Source: a virus. Taken from it: a stretch of DNA of 64,000 nt. The DNA is taken from positions 13,353 through 77,352 of IMG/VR virus record IMGVR_UViG_3300030119_000590. The stretch is one strand, 5' to 3'. The notes below the pieces were generated by a model, which was given only the letters and a program-made list of their open reading frames with translations, was not told the DNA's origin and ran no database searches. Shown one piece after another: positions 49,884-60,913 of the stretch; the first letter of the stretch is position 1; every line of letters starts with the position of its first letter. Position numbers and translations under genes: made by a program.

Positions 49884-52800
49884 ATGGCAGACAATCCCAC
49901 AGATGAAATAGACGTAACGTCAATTACAAGTCAGATTCAAGGATCACTTGCAGCCTCGTTGTTACCTGACTTGGAATCGGTTGCAAACTTGACTAAACAA
50001 GTCAGTCAGAATTTAGTTGATGCAAATTCTGCGGCTAATCTAGACATTACCGGTATCGATAATATTAAGGAGATGCAAAATAGTTTAGTAGGTTCACAAG
50101 CTGCACTTGAGCAATCAATGACGTTCGCAAAGAAATTCCGAGTCGAAATCAGCCAGGCTACAGATAAAGAGCAAGCTGGCCAGATTATTAAAAATGCGTC
50201 CACACGCATGGCGGAAAAGATTGCAGAAAAAGAAGCCTTGAGAAACGATCATGTGTCTAACAGAATTCCTTTTCTCGAAGACCAGGTCAAATTTGCTCAA
50301 TCAACTTTAGATTTGATGACCGCAGGCACACCTGAGTATGAACAACAAGCACAGGCTCTTGCGGCTGCCCAAGAGGAACTTGAAACCGGACAGGTGGCGT
50401 TGTCCGCTGTGAACGGTCAGTTGCTTGCCGCCACCAAATATCAAGATGAATTCTTGGCAGGTCAAGAGATTATGTTGAAAAACGCAGAGTCTATGTCCCA
50501 ATATCAATTTGGTGTAAAGCAAGCAGTGGGTGCAACTATACAAGAATCAAGAAGTTTGTTACAAGTAAATCAACAACTGAAAGATGAACTTGATGATTAT
50601 GGGAATCAGATGCAAAACTTCATGAAGAATTATGGTCCAGTTGCTGATCAAGTTATGAATGGATTTGACAATATTGCGAATAGCATCACCGGTACATTAG
50701 ACCAAATTCCATTGATCGGAGGATTGCTTTCTTCATACGCAATTGGACCACTCGGAGAAGCTGCGGACATGGCAAAAAATGCGTTTGCTGGTGCATTAAA
50801 AGAAAGTTTCAAAATAATGGAAGATGGGGGTTCAATGACAGAAGCAATTGCAGGTGGAATGAGTTCTTTTGTTCAAGGTTTACAAGGAATGGGTTCTGTA
50901 CTATCCAAATTGCTTAGTGGTCCATTTCTTTTGATAACTGCAATTGCTGGTTTATTGTTTTTGGCATTCCAACGATTCGGGAAACTAGAAGAAGGAGCTA
51001 GAGATTTTAGAAAAGAAGTAGGAGGAACTTTAGATGCGGTAAGACCAATTACAGAGGAAGTACAACGATTGAGTGTGGAATTTGCTCACATGGGAGTTAC
51101 AATTGAAGATGGTTTTAAAGCAGCTTCTGCGTTGACCGAAAAATTTGGAACATTTGGTCTTAAGGTAATGCCCGGTGCAATCGAAACGGTTGCATTGTTA
51201 TCAACGCAACTTGGAGTAACCGATGCAAATGCAGCTGGAGCAATGGAAAAATTTAGAATGATGGGTGTGGCAGCTGGAGAATCTGCTAACAATATCACAA
51301 TGGCAGTTGCTTCCGCAGCTAATTTGGCAGGAGTTAATGCAGACGAAGTAATGGCAGACATTGCTGGTGCAAGTGAAGAGGCATTAGTATTTATGGGACA
51401 AACTCCAGGAGCATTAGCAGCTGCGGCGGTGAAAGCAAAACAACTCGGAACTAGTTTAAATGATGTAGCAAGTACAATGGAGCAAATGCTCGATTTTGAA
51501 AGTTCTATGAATAAGGAAATGCAATTAAGCACCATGCTTGGTTCGCATATCAGCATGGAACGTTTAAGACAATTATCGTTTGCAGGTGATGCAGAAGGAG
51601 TAATGAAAGAACAAAGCCGTCTCCTTAAATCAATGGGTGGTCTTGAAAACATGAATGCCTTGCAAAAGAAAGCAGCTGCTGAAGCACTTGGAACAAGTGT
51701 GGAAAATCTAATGAAGATGGAGCAATCTGAAAAAGACCAAGCCGCATTTAGAGCAAAGTATGGTGATGAAGCAATTGCATTAGAAAAAGAACTTGAAGCA
51801 CTTCGTGGAGGAGAAACAAAAGATGCGGCCGATAGAATGAAGCAACAACTCAAAGAACAAGTCCAACAAGAAAAAATGAATCAACTTAAAAACGAGTTTA
51901 ATTCAATGATGATAAAACTCGGAGAAAAATTATTACCAATGGTTGAGGTTGGTATGGCATTGTTAGTTCCAATTTTAGGTACAATATTTGATGTAATAGG
52001 TTATATTTTATATCCGTTTGAATTATTGGGTAAAGCAATTGATTATATATCAAACGCATTGAAACCAGTTGTTGACGCATTGGGTGAGGTTGGCAATGCT
52101 TTGGGCATGGTAGGTGATGCTGGAGATGTGGTTGGAAAAGTTATAGGTAGTATAGTTGGTGGTTTTCTTATGTTTAAGTTTATGATAAAACCAATCATGT
52201 CTTTGTTTACTGATGGAATTTCCGGAGCTTTCAAAAAAATCTTTGAAGTGGCATCATCGGCATCTGGTAAAGTCGGAGAAATGCTCAAAAATATTGCGGG
52301 TGGTGTCGGTGATGCATTAAAGAAAGTGGGTTCAACTATCGGAGATATAGCAACAAGCATAGGTAAAGGTATTGCTGGTTTGGCAAAGGGTATTGGTGAA
52401 GGAATCGCTGCAATATTTAAAGGAATTGGAACGGGTATTGAGTCTTTGGTGAATAGTTTAAAAAATCTCAATGCAACTAATATGCTTAAAGCAGCTGGTG
52501 CGTTGCTTTTATTAGGAGGTGCAATGTTTGTTTCTGCAAAAGCATTTCAAGAGTTTGCAAACGTAAGTTGGGATTCTGTAATGAAAGGAACAATAGTTCT
52601 CGGTGCAATGACACTTGCAGCTGTTGCGTTAGGAAAGGCTGGTCCACAAATAATAAAAGGTGCAGTTGCGATAGGTCTACTTGGATTATCACTTATTCCG
52701 GCTGCTTATGCTTTTGGTTTGTTTGCAGATGTATCATGGCCAAGTGTATTTACTGCAATAGGTGCAATTTCACTTCTTGCAATTGTAGCAGGAATATTAG

Positions 52801-55025
52801 GAGCACCTCCAATAATTGGATTTGTATTAGCAGGTGCGTTGGCAATCGGAGCATTGGGTCTTGCAATGATTCCATTTGCAGCTGCCGCTCTTATAGCAGG
52901 ATATGCAGCGGGTCTTGTTGCTGATGCGTTTGTGAAAATGGCAGGTTCGTTGTCTGAACTTACATTAGAACAAGTCGGTGTAATATTTGCACTTGGTGGT
53001 GCGTTTGTATTTCTTGGTGCGATGTTCCCATTCATTGTTATGGGAGCAGCTGCTCTTGGTGCGGTTACGTTTGCACTATTGGGATTTGGAGTTGCTTCAA
53101 ATGTTATTGCTCCTGGTATTGCTTTACTTGCGGACGGATTTGATAGTTTTGCTGTATCTTTATCTAAGATTTCTATGGAAAATGTACTTGCATTTGGAGC
53201 TCTTGGAGTAACATTTGCCGGATTTGCTCTTTTGTTACCTGCAATTGCAGCGGGAGCAGTTACGGTTGGAATTATGGCATGGTCGATTGGTAAACTCGGA
53301 GATGCAGCTGGAGAAGCTGCACCGGGTATAAATTCGTTTGCTGAAGGTTTGAATCCTGTTATTGACAAAATGCTGATGATTTCCGATGCTTCGGAAAAAA
53401 TGAGAGATGCTTCAAGTGTTATTCGTGAAGTAGGTTCTGCTATGTCAGACCTTGGTAAAGGTCAAATGGTACAAGCAGCGGGTGGAGTTGTTGAATCTGC
53501 CGGAGGATTCTTATCAGGTATGTTCAACTCCGCATCCGATAAGTTATTCGGAACGGAAACTGTGGAAAAGAGCAAAGAAGGTCCTATTGACAAAATGATA
53601 AGACTTGGTGAGTCTATGGGCAATTTACAAGGAATTGATGGTACATTACAAAATGTTCGTTCTTCCGTAGAAGCATTTACTGATGTAAATGTAGCAGGTT
53701 TGGCAACAGTAGGAAGTGGTATAAAAATGTTAATACATTGCTTGGAAACAATCGATGTCGGTTCATTGACAATATTAGATACCATTAGTGCAAGTATAAA
53801 CAATATGGCAAACTCGGTTACCAAAATTACAGAAGAATCAGTAAATCCAATAAAATCATTTTTAAAGTGTATTTCTGATCCAGATATTTTTTCCGTGGCA
53901 GTTTCTGGATTTGATTCTCTAACCGAATCGATAATAAAATTTGGTGAAGCACTTGATAATATTAGTTTGATTAAGTTGGCAATGCTTGGATTAGTTTCCA
54001 AAACAGACGAAGCAGAGAAAAAATTATCAGAACAACCAGAAATTGCCGAGGTTATATCAAACGCAGAAAGTTCTGCAAGTGTACCAACACCAATCTCAGA
54101 AGTTACACAAACCACGACAACTCCGACTCCATCAATAACACAACAACAACAAACACAACCAGAAATTGGTGAAGTTGTATCAAACACAGAAGGTCCTGCG
54201 AATATACCAACACCAATCTCAGAAGTTACACAAACCACGACAGCTCCAACTCAATCAATAACACAACAACAACAAACACAACAAGAAACTGCGGTTGATT
54301 TGGCGCAAAAAGGATATATATTTGCAAACTTTGTTGAAAAAATTGGAGGTGAAGATAGACTGCAACAATTACAGGCTGCAAACGATAAAATAGATGAGTT
54401 GTCAGTCAAAATGGTAAATTTGACGAATCAAGCAGTTACTCAAGCAGACCCACTTGATCCTGATTCTAAACTTACATTTGCAACGCAGGTTGAAGAACAA
54501 CAATTTCAAAAACTGAATCGAGAAATTGAAACTGCTAGAGCAGATAGGTTTAAAATGAAAATGGAGATGACAAACGATGCCATGAGAGGTCTTTCCAACT
54601 CAAACAAAGCATTGGCTGCATCTTCATTCAATAGACAACTAGAACGTTCATTGTTTGATTTGGATTTGATTCAAGACGCAGAAGCAGAAAATAGATTACT
54701 TGAAAGAAATGCAAGTCCTGTAACATTATCAAACGAAGTATTGTCACAATCAATTACTGAAGGAATTGAATCAACACAAAGTAATGCAGGTGCAGGATTT
54801 GAACTTCCGTCACCAGCAACTGCACCAAGTGTTACAGAAACTCTTGCAACGGTAAATCAACCTGCTACACAAGCACCTGTAGTTGGAGGTGGAAGTGAAG
54901 TTGATGTATCTGGTGTAGAAAATAATTTAGTTGAACTTATTTCATTGATGAAAAGTGGTGGAATAGCGGTGTATCTTGATAGCAAAAAAGTCAGCAAGGG
55001 ACTGGCTGCGGCTGCTGAACAATAA
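49884..55025 (+). CDS. Tape measure protein
   Basis: 1713 aa, Ala/Gly-rich helical composition, multiple hydrophobic segments, LDFESSMNKEMQL motif, C-terminal AVYLDSKKV; position after tube and chaperone. Confidence 0.9.
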   Translation: MADNPTDEIDVTSITSQIQGSLAASLLPDLESVANLTKQVSQNLVDANSAANLDITGIDNIKEMQNSLVGSQAALEQSMTFAKKFRVEISQATDKEQAGQIIKNASTRMAEKIAEKEALRNDHVSNRIPFLEDQVKFAQSTLDLMTAGTPEYEQQAQALAAAQEELETGQVALSAVNGQLLAATKYQDEFLAGQEIMLKNAESMSQYQFGVKQAVGATIQESRSLLQVNQQLKDELDDYGNQMQNFMKNYGPVADQVMNGFDNIANSITGTLDQIPLIGGLLSSYAIGPLGEAADMAKNAFAGALKESFKIMEDGGSMTEAIAGGMSSFVQGLQGMGSVLSKLLSGPFLLITAIAGLLFLAFQRFGKLEEGARDFRKEVGGTLDAVRPITEEVQRLSVEFAHMGVTIEDGFKAASALTEKFGTFGLKVMPGAIETVALLSTQLGVTDANAAGAMEKFRMMGVAAGESANNITMAVASAANLAGVNADEVMADIAGASEEALVFMGQTPGALAAAAVKAKQLGTSLNDVASTMEQMLDFESSMNKEMQLSTMLGSHISMERLRQLSFAGDAEGVMKEQSRLLKSMGGLENMNALQKKAAAEALGTSVENLMKMEQSEKDQAAFRAKYGDEAIALEKELEALRGGETKDAADRMKQQLKEQVQQEKMNQLKNEFNSMMIKLGEKLLPMVEVGMALLVPILGTIFDVIGYILYPFELLGKAIDYISNALKPVVDALGEVGNALGMVGDAGDVVGKVIGSIVGGFLMFKFMIKPIMSLFTDGISGAFKKIFEVASSASGKVGEMLKNIAGGVGDALKKVGSTIGDIATSIGKGIAGLAKGIGEGIAAIFKGIGTGIESLVNSLKNLNATNMLKAAGALLLLGGAMFVSAKAFQEFANVSWDSVMKGTIVLGAMTLAAVALGKAGPQIIKGAVAIGLLGLSLIPAAYAFGLFADVSWPSVFTAIGAISLLAIVAGILGAPPIIGFVLAGALAIGALGLAMIPFAAAALIAGYAAGLVADAFVKMAGSLSELTLEQVGVIFALGGAFVFLGAMFPFIVMGAAALGAVTFALLGFGVASNVIAPGIALLADGFDSFAVSLSKISMENVLAFGALGVTFAGFALLLPAIAAGAVTVGIMAWSIGKLGDAAGEAAPGINSFAEGLNPVIDKMLMISDASEKMRDASSVIREVGSAMSDLGKGQMVQAAGGVVESAGGFLSGMFNSASDKLFGTETVEKSKEGPIDKMIRLGESMGNLQGIDGTLQNVRSSVEAFTDVNVAGLATVGSGIKMLIHCLETIDVGSLTILDTISASINNMANSVTKITEESVNPIKSFLKCISDPDIFSVAVSGFDSLTESIIKFGEALDNISLIKLAMLGLVSKTDEAEKKLSEQPEIAEVISNAESSASVPTPISEVTQTTTTPTPSITQQQQTQPEIGEVVSNTEGPANIPTPISEVTQTTTAPTQSITQQQQTQQETAVDLAQKGYIFANFVEKIGGEDRLQQLQAANDKIDELSVKMVNLTNQAVTQADPLDPDSKLTFATQVEEQQFQKLNREIETARADRFKMKMEMTNDAMRGLSNSNKALAASSFNRQLERSLFDLDLIQDAEAENRLLERNASPVTLSNEVLSQSITEGIESTQSNAGAGFELPSPATAPSVTETLATVNQPATQAPVVGGGSEVDVSGVENNLVELISLMKSGGIAVYLDSKKVSKGLAAAAEQ
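54033..54278 (+). repeat. 123-bp tandem duplication (41 aa, Q/T/P-rich) in tape measure C-terminus
   Basis: QPEI.EV.SN.E..A..PTPISEVTQTTT.PT.SITQQQQT twice. Confidence 0.85.
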
Positions 55026-55060
55026 TATAAAAAAATATATACTTTCATATTTACAAGTAT

Positions 55061-57076
55061 ATGGGTTTATTTGACGAAATAGGCAAAAAAATAGAAGCAG
55101 ACCTCAAAAGAGCTCTTTTAGGTGGAAGTAATCAAAACGCTGGTTTACAACCCATTGATAGAAAATCATTGCAAATGCAAAACAGAATTGCTCAGGCAGG
55201 AGATGGTCCTAACTTTTTATCAGGTGGTCGTACGGTTCCAACTTATGGAATTGATACAAGCAAATCTTATTTAGAAAACTTGTATATAATGAACAATGAT
55301 GAAGGTGCTGGAGGAGGACTAAATGGAATTCCAGTTCCACCTAATGCTGGATTTAAACCTGCAAAGTATAGTCCTGAAACAAGAGCATATGACCAAGGTG
55401 AGGGTGAGGTATACAACGCACAAACAGGTGTAAGAGAATTTACTCAAGGTCTTGCTACTGATCCGGTGGAAATGGTGAATCGTTTAAAAGGAAGTGTAGA
55501 ACCAGATAATACTGCAAAAGATGAACAACAAGCACGTGAAAAAATAAAAGATGTTCACAAACCACTTTTACCAGAAGGAACTCAAACAGGAAACAATGAT
55601 ACATTAACATCAACCATTTCCGAAAAACGAGAAACACCCTATGAAACCGTAACTCCAAGACAAGATATGCAAGTTCGTTTAGATGGAAGTGTAGGAGAAG
55701 ATACTACTGCAAAAGATGAACAACAAGCACGTGAAAAAATAACGAATGTTCATAAACCTTTCCCATCTACTGCCGTACCAACAAAAACAGAAGCTGCAAA
55801 TAAATCAGCAGATGGAATTTTAGGGCAAGTTGCAGAACCACCAAGTTCCTTGGGGCAAACCATAGAAGACCGTAGAGATAATTCATATAGTAATAGAATA
55901 GAAGAAACGGAAATCGGTGAAGTCGTTCGTGGTGGTGCAGTGTTACAACAACCTGCGGTTGTAGATTTTAATAACAACGCATCTTCGTCTGCTCCACTAC
56001 ATTCTGCAAAAGAACGTGGCAGAGCAAAACAACAATACGATAGTTTTAAAACACAATATAACGATGCACTTGGTAGACTCAAAGGTGAACAAGATCAACG
56101 TCTTAATGATATAAAAACCAAAGATGATATAGATAAACTTGTAGAAAACTATTCTGTTAAAAGTGGTCGTATCGATAACACAAAAGCATACGAAAGTGAC
56201 TACAAAACTGGAAAAAACAAAGGATTCCAACACGATGGAAAAATGAGAATGCCAAAATACTCTGGATTTGTTAATGGAAGTGTAAACGACAGAATAGATA
56301 AATTCAATGAGTTGAGTGTTTTAGACGTTAGTAATGATGAACTCAAAGTTCGTGAAGAACTTGAACACTCTGACTTTATAGCATTATATTTCCATGATCT
56401 TGTTAATAAAAAGTATATTCCATTTCGTGCTTTGATTTTATCTATGTCTGACCAATTTGATGCAACCTACAATGCAGTAAATTACCTTGGCCGAGCAGAT
56501 GCAGCTCAAATATATGGAGGTTGTGGTAGAACGTTTTCTATTTCATTTATGGCACACGCATTTAGTGTTGAAGAACTTCATCCTATGTGGCAACGCATAA
56601 ATCATTTATGTGGATTGACGAAACCTGCTAGGTACACCAACGCAACTACGGAGAATTCAGGTTCATCGTTTATTGAACCTCCGTTGGTTAAATTTAATTT
56701 AGGTGACATATACAGAAATCAACCAGCAATTATAACATCGGTTGCGGTAAATTTACCAAACGAAGGACAGTGGGAATTAACAAATAATTCACATACAGGC
56801 AAACATCAGAAATACGACTATTTGAATGAAACTATAAAACGAGAAAAAGAAGGTCTTAGAACGGCAAAATATCCCACACAATGTGAACTATCGGTATCAA
56901 TGACTTTCCTTGAAAAAAGACTTCCAGAAACAACGAATCGTCACTTTGGTGATAGTGCCGAAGAACGTCCAAGTGGAATGTACGGATCACGTGGTAAAAC
57001 TGATAGTGATTTGAAAACAAACTTCAACGAAACTTTAAATTCATACCCAAAAAATCCCGCAGATTTCGGAGGATAA
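55061..57076 (+). CDS. Tail tube initiator/baseplate protein (gp48/gp54-like C-terminal domain)
   Basis: FRA...SDQFDATYNAVNYLGRA...YGG..RTFSISF and PPLVKFNLGDIY; internal 28-aa duplication. Confidence 0.65.
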   Translation: MGLFDEIGKKIEADLKRALLGGSNQNAGLQPIDRKSLQMQNRIAQAGDGPNFLSGGRTVPTYGIDTSKSYLENLYIMNNDEGAGGGLNGIPVPPNAGFKPAKYSPETRAYDQGEGEVYNAQTGVREFTQGLATDPVEMVNRLKGSVEPDNTAKDEQQAREKIKDVHKPLLPEGTQTGNNDTLTSTISEKRETPYETVTPRQDMQVRLDGSVGEDTTAKDEQQAREKITNVHKPFPSTAVPTKTEAANKSADGILGQVAEPPSSLGQTIEDRRDNSYSNRIEETEIGEVVRGGAVLQQPAVVDFNNNASSSAPLHSAKERGRAKQQYDSFKTQYNDALGRLKGEQDQRLNDIKTKDDIDKLVENYSVKSGRIDNTKAYESDYKTGKNKGFQHDGKMRMPKYSGFVNGSVNDRIDKFNELSVLDVSNDELKVREELEHSDFIALYFHDLVNKKYIPFRALILSMSDQFDATYNAVNYLGRADAAQIYGGCGRTFSISFMAHAFSVEELHPMWQRINHLCGLTKPARYTNATTENSGSSFIEPPLVKFNLGDIYRNQPAIITSVAVNLPNEGQWELTNNSHTGKHQKYDYLNETIKREKEGLRTAKYPTQCELSVSMTFLEKRLPETTNRHFGDSAEERPSGMYGSRGKTDSDLKTNFNETLNSYPKNPADFGG

Positions 57077-57078
57077 TT

Positions 57079-57375
57079 ATGCGATATAAATCAACAAAGT
57101 TAAATAGTTTGGGAAACGGAAAACGAGCATTACGAACAACATTACTTCCTCGTATCAAAAAAAGACCATCTGATATATATTTGGTTATTGTAGAAAGAAC
57201 ACGACTTGACCATCTTGCATTTAAATTTTATGAAAATCCAAATCATTGGTGGGTACTTGCCGCTGCAAATAATGTTGCTGGTACTATGTATATTCAACCC
57301 GGAACTCAAATTAGAATTCCTAGAGCATTAAGTGAAATTTTGGTTGACCACAACAAAATAAACTCTAAGGTATAA
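57079..57375 (+). CDS. Baseplate wedge LysM-like protein (gp53/P2 gpX-like)
   Basis: RLDHLAFKFYENPNHWWVLAAANN...PGTQIRIP. Confidence 0.8.
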   Translation: MRYKSTKLNSLGNGKRALRTTLLPRIKKRPSDIYLVIVERTRLDHLAFKFYENPNHWWVLAAANNVAGTMYIQPGTQIRIPRALSEILVDHNKINSKV

Positions 57376-57379
57376 AGAT

Positions 57380-60300
57380 ATGCTTGGTAAATTTTTAGAT
57401 GACGTAAAAAGTGGATTCAACAACAGTGCAAACATTAAAAATCCGTTTGGGTCTTCTGGAGGTGGTAGTTTCGGTTCTATGCTCGGAGATATGCTCGGAG
57501 ATGCAGTTGATACAGTTAAACAAGCAGCTGGTGCAATTGCTCCGTTTTTTGAATCCGAGGAAGCTGCTACTCAAGACCTGCTAAACAAACTACCAGAATG
57601 GCTTGATCCTAAAGAAGCAATGTCAGTTGGATTAGATGAAAAAACGGATCGTGCGTATCCTTCCATGACTCATATTAGAAATTGGGTTCGTGCTGAGTTT
57701 TTGAGAAGAGAACATAACTTCGGAGTATTCAGTACTGTTAAAGGGGAATACGCACACCGACAAATTATGGAAGGAAGTATCATGGACGCAGCTTTCATCA
57801 CACATAGTCCTGATGAATTAGATTACGATGATAAAAAACCAAGAACAGCAGAGATGTTTTTAAGTGACTCGTATGTTGGTCAAACATACAAAGGACCAAA
57901 GACTGCTTGGTGTAGGGTGGTTTCAAACACCATAAAAACAATTGAAGGCAAGGAATTTGAGGGATTTGTATTACACGGAGTTGATAATTTTGATGATATG
58001 TATGGATTTGGTGAAACGAATGACGGAGATTTTAAACGAGACCCTGGTGAAACGGTTCTTGGTTTTGATTGTAACAAAAATCCACATATTTTAAGAGAAC
58101 CAGATTTTACCCACAGACCACCACCAAACATCACAGAAATTGATTCAGAAGAAATGGGTCCTGGAAAAGCACAAAGAAAAACTACAATAAAATTTAGTGC
58201 TCATAGTCGAGCTCAACTTGATTATATAAGTTCTTTCTTTTTTCAAACTGGTAACACTTTGTTGGTAGAGTGGGGTTGGAATACTTTTCCAAGAGCTGCC
58301 TTGATTGACATAAGTGATGTAGGCTCACCACCAACATATGCATCCAAGGAGGCAGGTAAAGGAAAGAAATCAGATGCATTACGAGAACTTAATCAAATAA
58401 ATCGTGTAAGACAAAGTGACCCGGATAGAGCATTACCAGATTTGACACCGTCAGACATAAAAGACGGAATCGATTATGTTGTCAAAGACGGCACGGGTCT
58501 TGTAGGCATATGGAATTCAACCAGACTAGCGTGCCGACAACTTAGAGAGGGTCAGGGAAATTATTCGTTTACTTGTGGGATGATTTCCAATTTCACATAT
58601 AGCATAAACGATACAGGTGGATATGATTGTACGGTTGAGATTTTAAGTATGGCACAATTCGCAACTCAACTTAATAAATCAGCAAGTCAAGCAGAGGATG
58701 CAGGTGGAAAACGTTTAGATGAACGTGTATTGGATTTAGAAGTTTTTGTAAATGATCATCTTGAGGATATTATTTCAGGTGATACTAATGAAAGTTTTTC
58801 TGATTTGGATAATTATCAAAAAAGTATTGAAAAAATGGATGGACGGCAAAAACGTAATAGTAATAATAGTCTTCAAGGTCACGGACGATATTTCAGTTTT
58901 GGTAATATAGGAGGTGGTTTGTTTGGAACAGAAAATAATAAGCAGTATTTTGCAGGATCACCAAGTGATGGTAAGTATATTACATTGGGTTATTTGGTTG
59001 ATATAATAAATGCTTTTTTTGCAAGAGAGTCCGAGAAAACCGGTGCCAGTATGTGGGAGTTTGTAATAAAACACAAAAGATGTACTGCTCATCCCAATAT
59101 TAAATCAACAGACGGTGACGTGCTATTGATTCCGAATGGTATGGCACCCCGACACAATACAGAACAGTATGATGGAACTACAATTGGTTTGGGTGGTGAA
59201 GGAGATAGATGGGGACCATTCGAAGATGATCCTATCAACGAAGGAAAATTCTTCGACGATGAGAAAAAAGATGATGCAATGGAAGCTGCGTTTATTTCAA
59301 TGGTTGAGCAACTAAATAACATGGGCCCAGGTACAATAACAGATTTGAATGAAGCTATGAAAAAGTCTCCAAGAGACGATTTACATTTATTAATGACTTT
59401 GCATCCAGAGTTAGATGACGAGGAAATGACTACACAAGATGACTATCGTGTTGATCCATTTCCTGACTATAAATCAGACAAGCAAAATCAAACACTTGGA
59501 TATTCAGGACGAATACAAGATTTGTTTGTGAATTTAAAAATCGTTAAAGAAGCAGTAAAAAACAATCAAACTGCCACAACTATTTTGAGTTCTATTTTAA
59601 AAAGAATGTCCAATGCTTCAGGTGGTATTTGGGATTTTCACTTGGTTGGTGAAGATCCAGCAAGTCCAAATAATACGAAATTAACAATCGAAGATAGAAA
59701 TTTTTCATCAAATACAGTTGATGAAGTTCAACGTACTAATAAAACTTTTATATTCAAGGCACATCAAAAAAATAGCATAATTAGGTCTATGAGTTGCGAT
59801 GTAAGTATTCCCGGAGAAGTTGCGGGTATGGTTTTGTATGGAGGAGAAAAATCAGACGGAGATTCGGCATTTTATGCAAGAAAAGATGCAGATAGAATTT
59901 TAAAAAAAGCAAAACCACCACTAGACGATGTTGCAGGTACACAAGATGACGCTGCAAATAATCAAGCTGATGCTAAAATTCCATCCGAAGAAAAATTTAT
60001 TATGGGCATTCGTGTATATGACGGTGCAACTTCCGTTACTGGTGAAGTTTTTTCCGAGTCCAAGATGGGTGAATCAAAGCAAGGTCAAAGATTGATGGAT
60101 TTTGGAGGTGAGGTTATTGATATTGAATTTGTTGATCCCGATAAAAATCGCATGAAAAGTCTTCTTAAAAAAGATAGAAATCCTAAGAATTGTGTTAAGT
60201 ACAATATGGCATTGGCAGGAATTGAATTGAATATACAACTTGATGGAATTGAAGGAATAAGATTGTGGGATGTATTTAATTGTACAGGAGTACCAACTCA

Positions 60301-60427
60301 ATATTATATGACCGGTGTGTGGAGAGTTACTTCGGTAAAGCACTCAATTTCAGGAAATGATTGGAAAACAGATATAACTGCTCAGTTTGCACCAAACTCA
60401 AATGATTTATTAAAGGGTGAGAAGTAA
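57380..60427 (+). CDS. Baseplate hub protein (gp27/gpD-like)
   Basis: LLVEWGWN, ISNFTYS...GGYDCTVEI, C-terminal LDGIEGI...VTSVKHSISGNDWKT; synteny. Confidence 0.65.
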   Translation: MLGKFLDDVKSGFNNSANIKNPFGSSGGGSFGSMLGDMLGDAVDTVKQAAGAIAPFFESEEAATQDLLNKLPEWLDPKEAMSVGLDEKTDRAYPSMTHIRNWVRAEFLRREHNFGVFSTVKGEYAHRQIMEGSIMDAAFITHSPDELDYDDKKPRTAEMFLSDSYVGQTYKGPKTAWCRVVSNTIKTIEGKEFEGFVLHGVDNFDDMYGFGETNDGDFKRDPGETVLGFDCNKNPHILREPDFTHRPPPNITEIDSEEMGPGKAQRKTTIKFSAHSRAQLDYISSFFFQTGNTLLVEWGWNTFPRAALIDISDVGSPPTYASKEAGKGKKSDALRELNQINRVRQSDPDRALPDLTPSDIKDGIDYVVKDGTGLVGIWNSTRLACRQLREGQGNYSFTCGMISNFTYSINDTGGYDCTVEILSMAQFATQLNKSASQAEDAGGKRLDERVLDLEVFVNDHLEDIISGDTNESFSDLDNYQKSIEKMDGRQKRNSNNSLQGHGRYFSFGNIGGGLFGTENNKQYFAGSPSDGKYITLGYLVDIINAFFARESEKTGASMWEFVIKHKRCTAHPNIKSTDGDVLLIPNGMAPRHNTEQYDGTTIGLGGEGDRWGPFEDDPINEGKFFDDEKKDDAMEAAFISMVEQLNNMGPGTITDLNEAMKKSPRDDLHLLMTLHPELDDEEMTTQDDYRVDPFPDYKSDKQNQTLGYSGRIQDLFVNLKIVKEAVKNNQTATTILSSILKRMSNASGGIWDFHLVGEDPASPNNTKLTIEDRNFSSNTVDEVQRTNKTFIFKAHQKNSIIRSMSCDVSIPGEVAGMVLYGGEKSDGDSAFYARKDADRILKKAKPPLDDVAGTQDDAANNQADAKIPSEEKFIMGIRVYDGATSVTGEVFSESKMGESKQGQRLMDFGGEVIDIEFVDPDKNRMKSLLKKDRNPKNCVKYNMALAGIELNIQLDGIEGIRLWDVFNCTGVPTQYYMTGVWRVTSVKHSISGNDWKTDITAQFAPNSNDLLKGEK

Positions 60428-60882
60428 TGGAAAACGATAATCAAATTGAAATGACAACAGAAGATGCTCAGAAGCACAAGTCAAAAATTACTTATATTAA
60501 CATGATGGGTTCTAGAACGAAAGTAAGTCCGAAACTACTTGCGTATGTTCCTGAATTGTATATTCCGCAACCAACTGAAGAAGAGTATGCTGAAAAATTT
60601 ATGTTTAGATATTTCGCAAAAAAATCAAATGATAAAAATGCACAAGTGATTGAAGTAGAACAAAGTTCATTTGAAAACGGAGTGAAAATGTCACCGTTCT
60701 ATGTAGGTGTAAGAGTTCCGTGGCAAATTGCTGGAAGCATAAACGACGTATATTCTGAAGATGGAATTCTACAAGAAGCGGGAGTTCTCAACTATAACTC
60801 TGTAAAGGTATCACAAGCAGAACAAGAAAGTGGAATAAAATTAGGACTGCAAGATTTACTTGAGTTTTACAAAGCAGATTGA
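60427..60882 (+). CDS. Conserved hypothetical baseplate-region protein
   Basis: PQPTEEEY...RYFAKK...WQIAG motif; coupled to the hub gene. Confidence 0.55.
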   Translation: MENDNQIEMTTEDAQKHKSKITYINMMGSRTKVSPKLLAYVPELYIPQPTEEEYAEKFMFRYFAKKSNDKNAQVIEVEQSSFENGVKMSPFYVGVRVPWQIAGSINDVYSEDGILQEAGVLNYNSVKVSQAEQESGIKLGLQDLLEFYKAD

Positions 60883-60907
60883 CAAACTATAATAAGTAAC
60901 GTATAGT
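60879..60907 (+). promoter_or_regulatory. Sigma70 promoter for the polymerase gene
   Basis: TTGACA-17nt-TATAGT, near-consensus. Confidence 0.7.
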
Positions 60908-60913
60908 ATATCT

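Noticed and set aside
51086-54238. Long minus-strand ORFs (255, 220, 258 aa) within the tape measure gene
   Set aside because: Antisense to Ala/Gly-rich codons; no recognisable motifs or expression signals.
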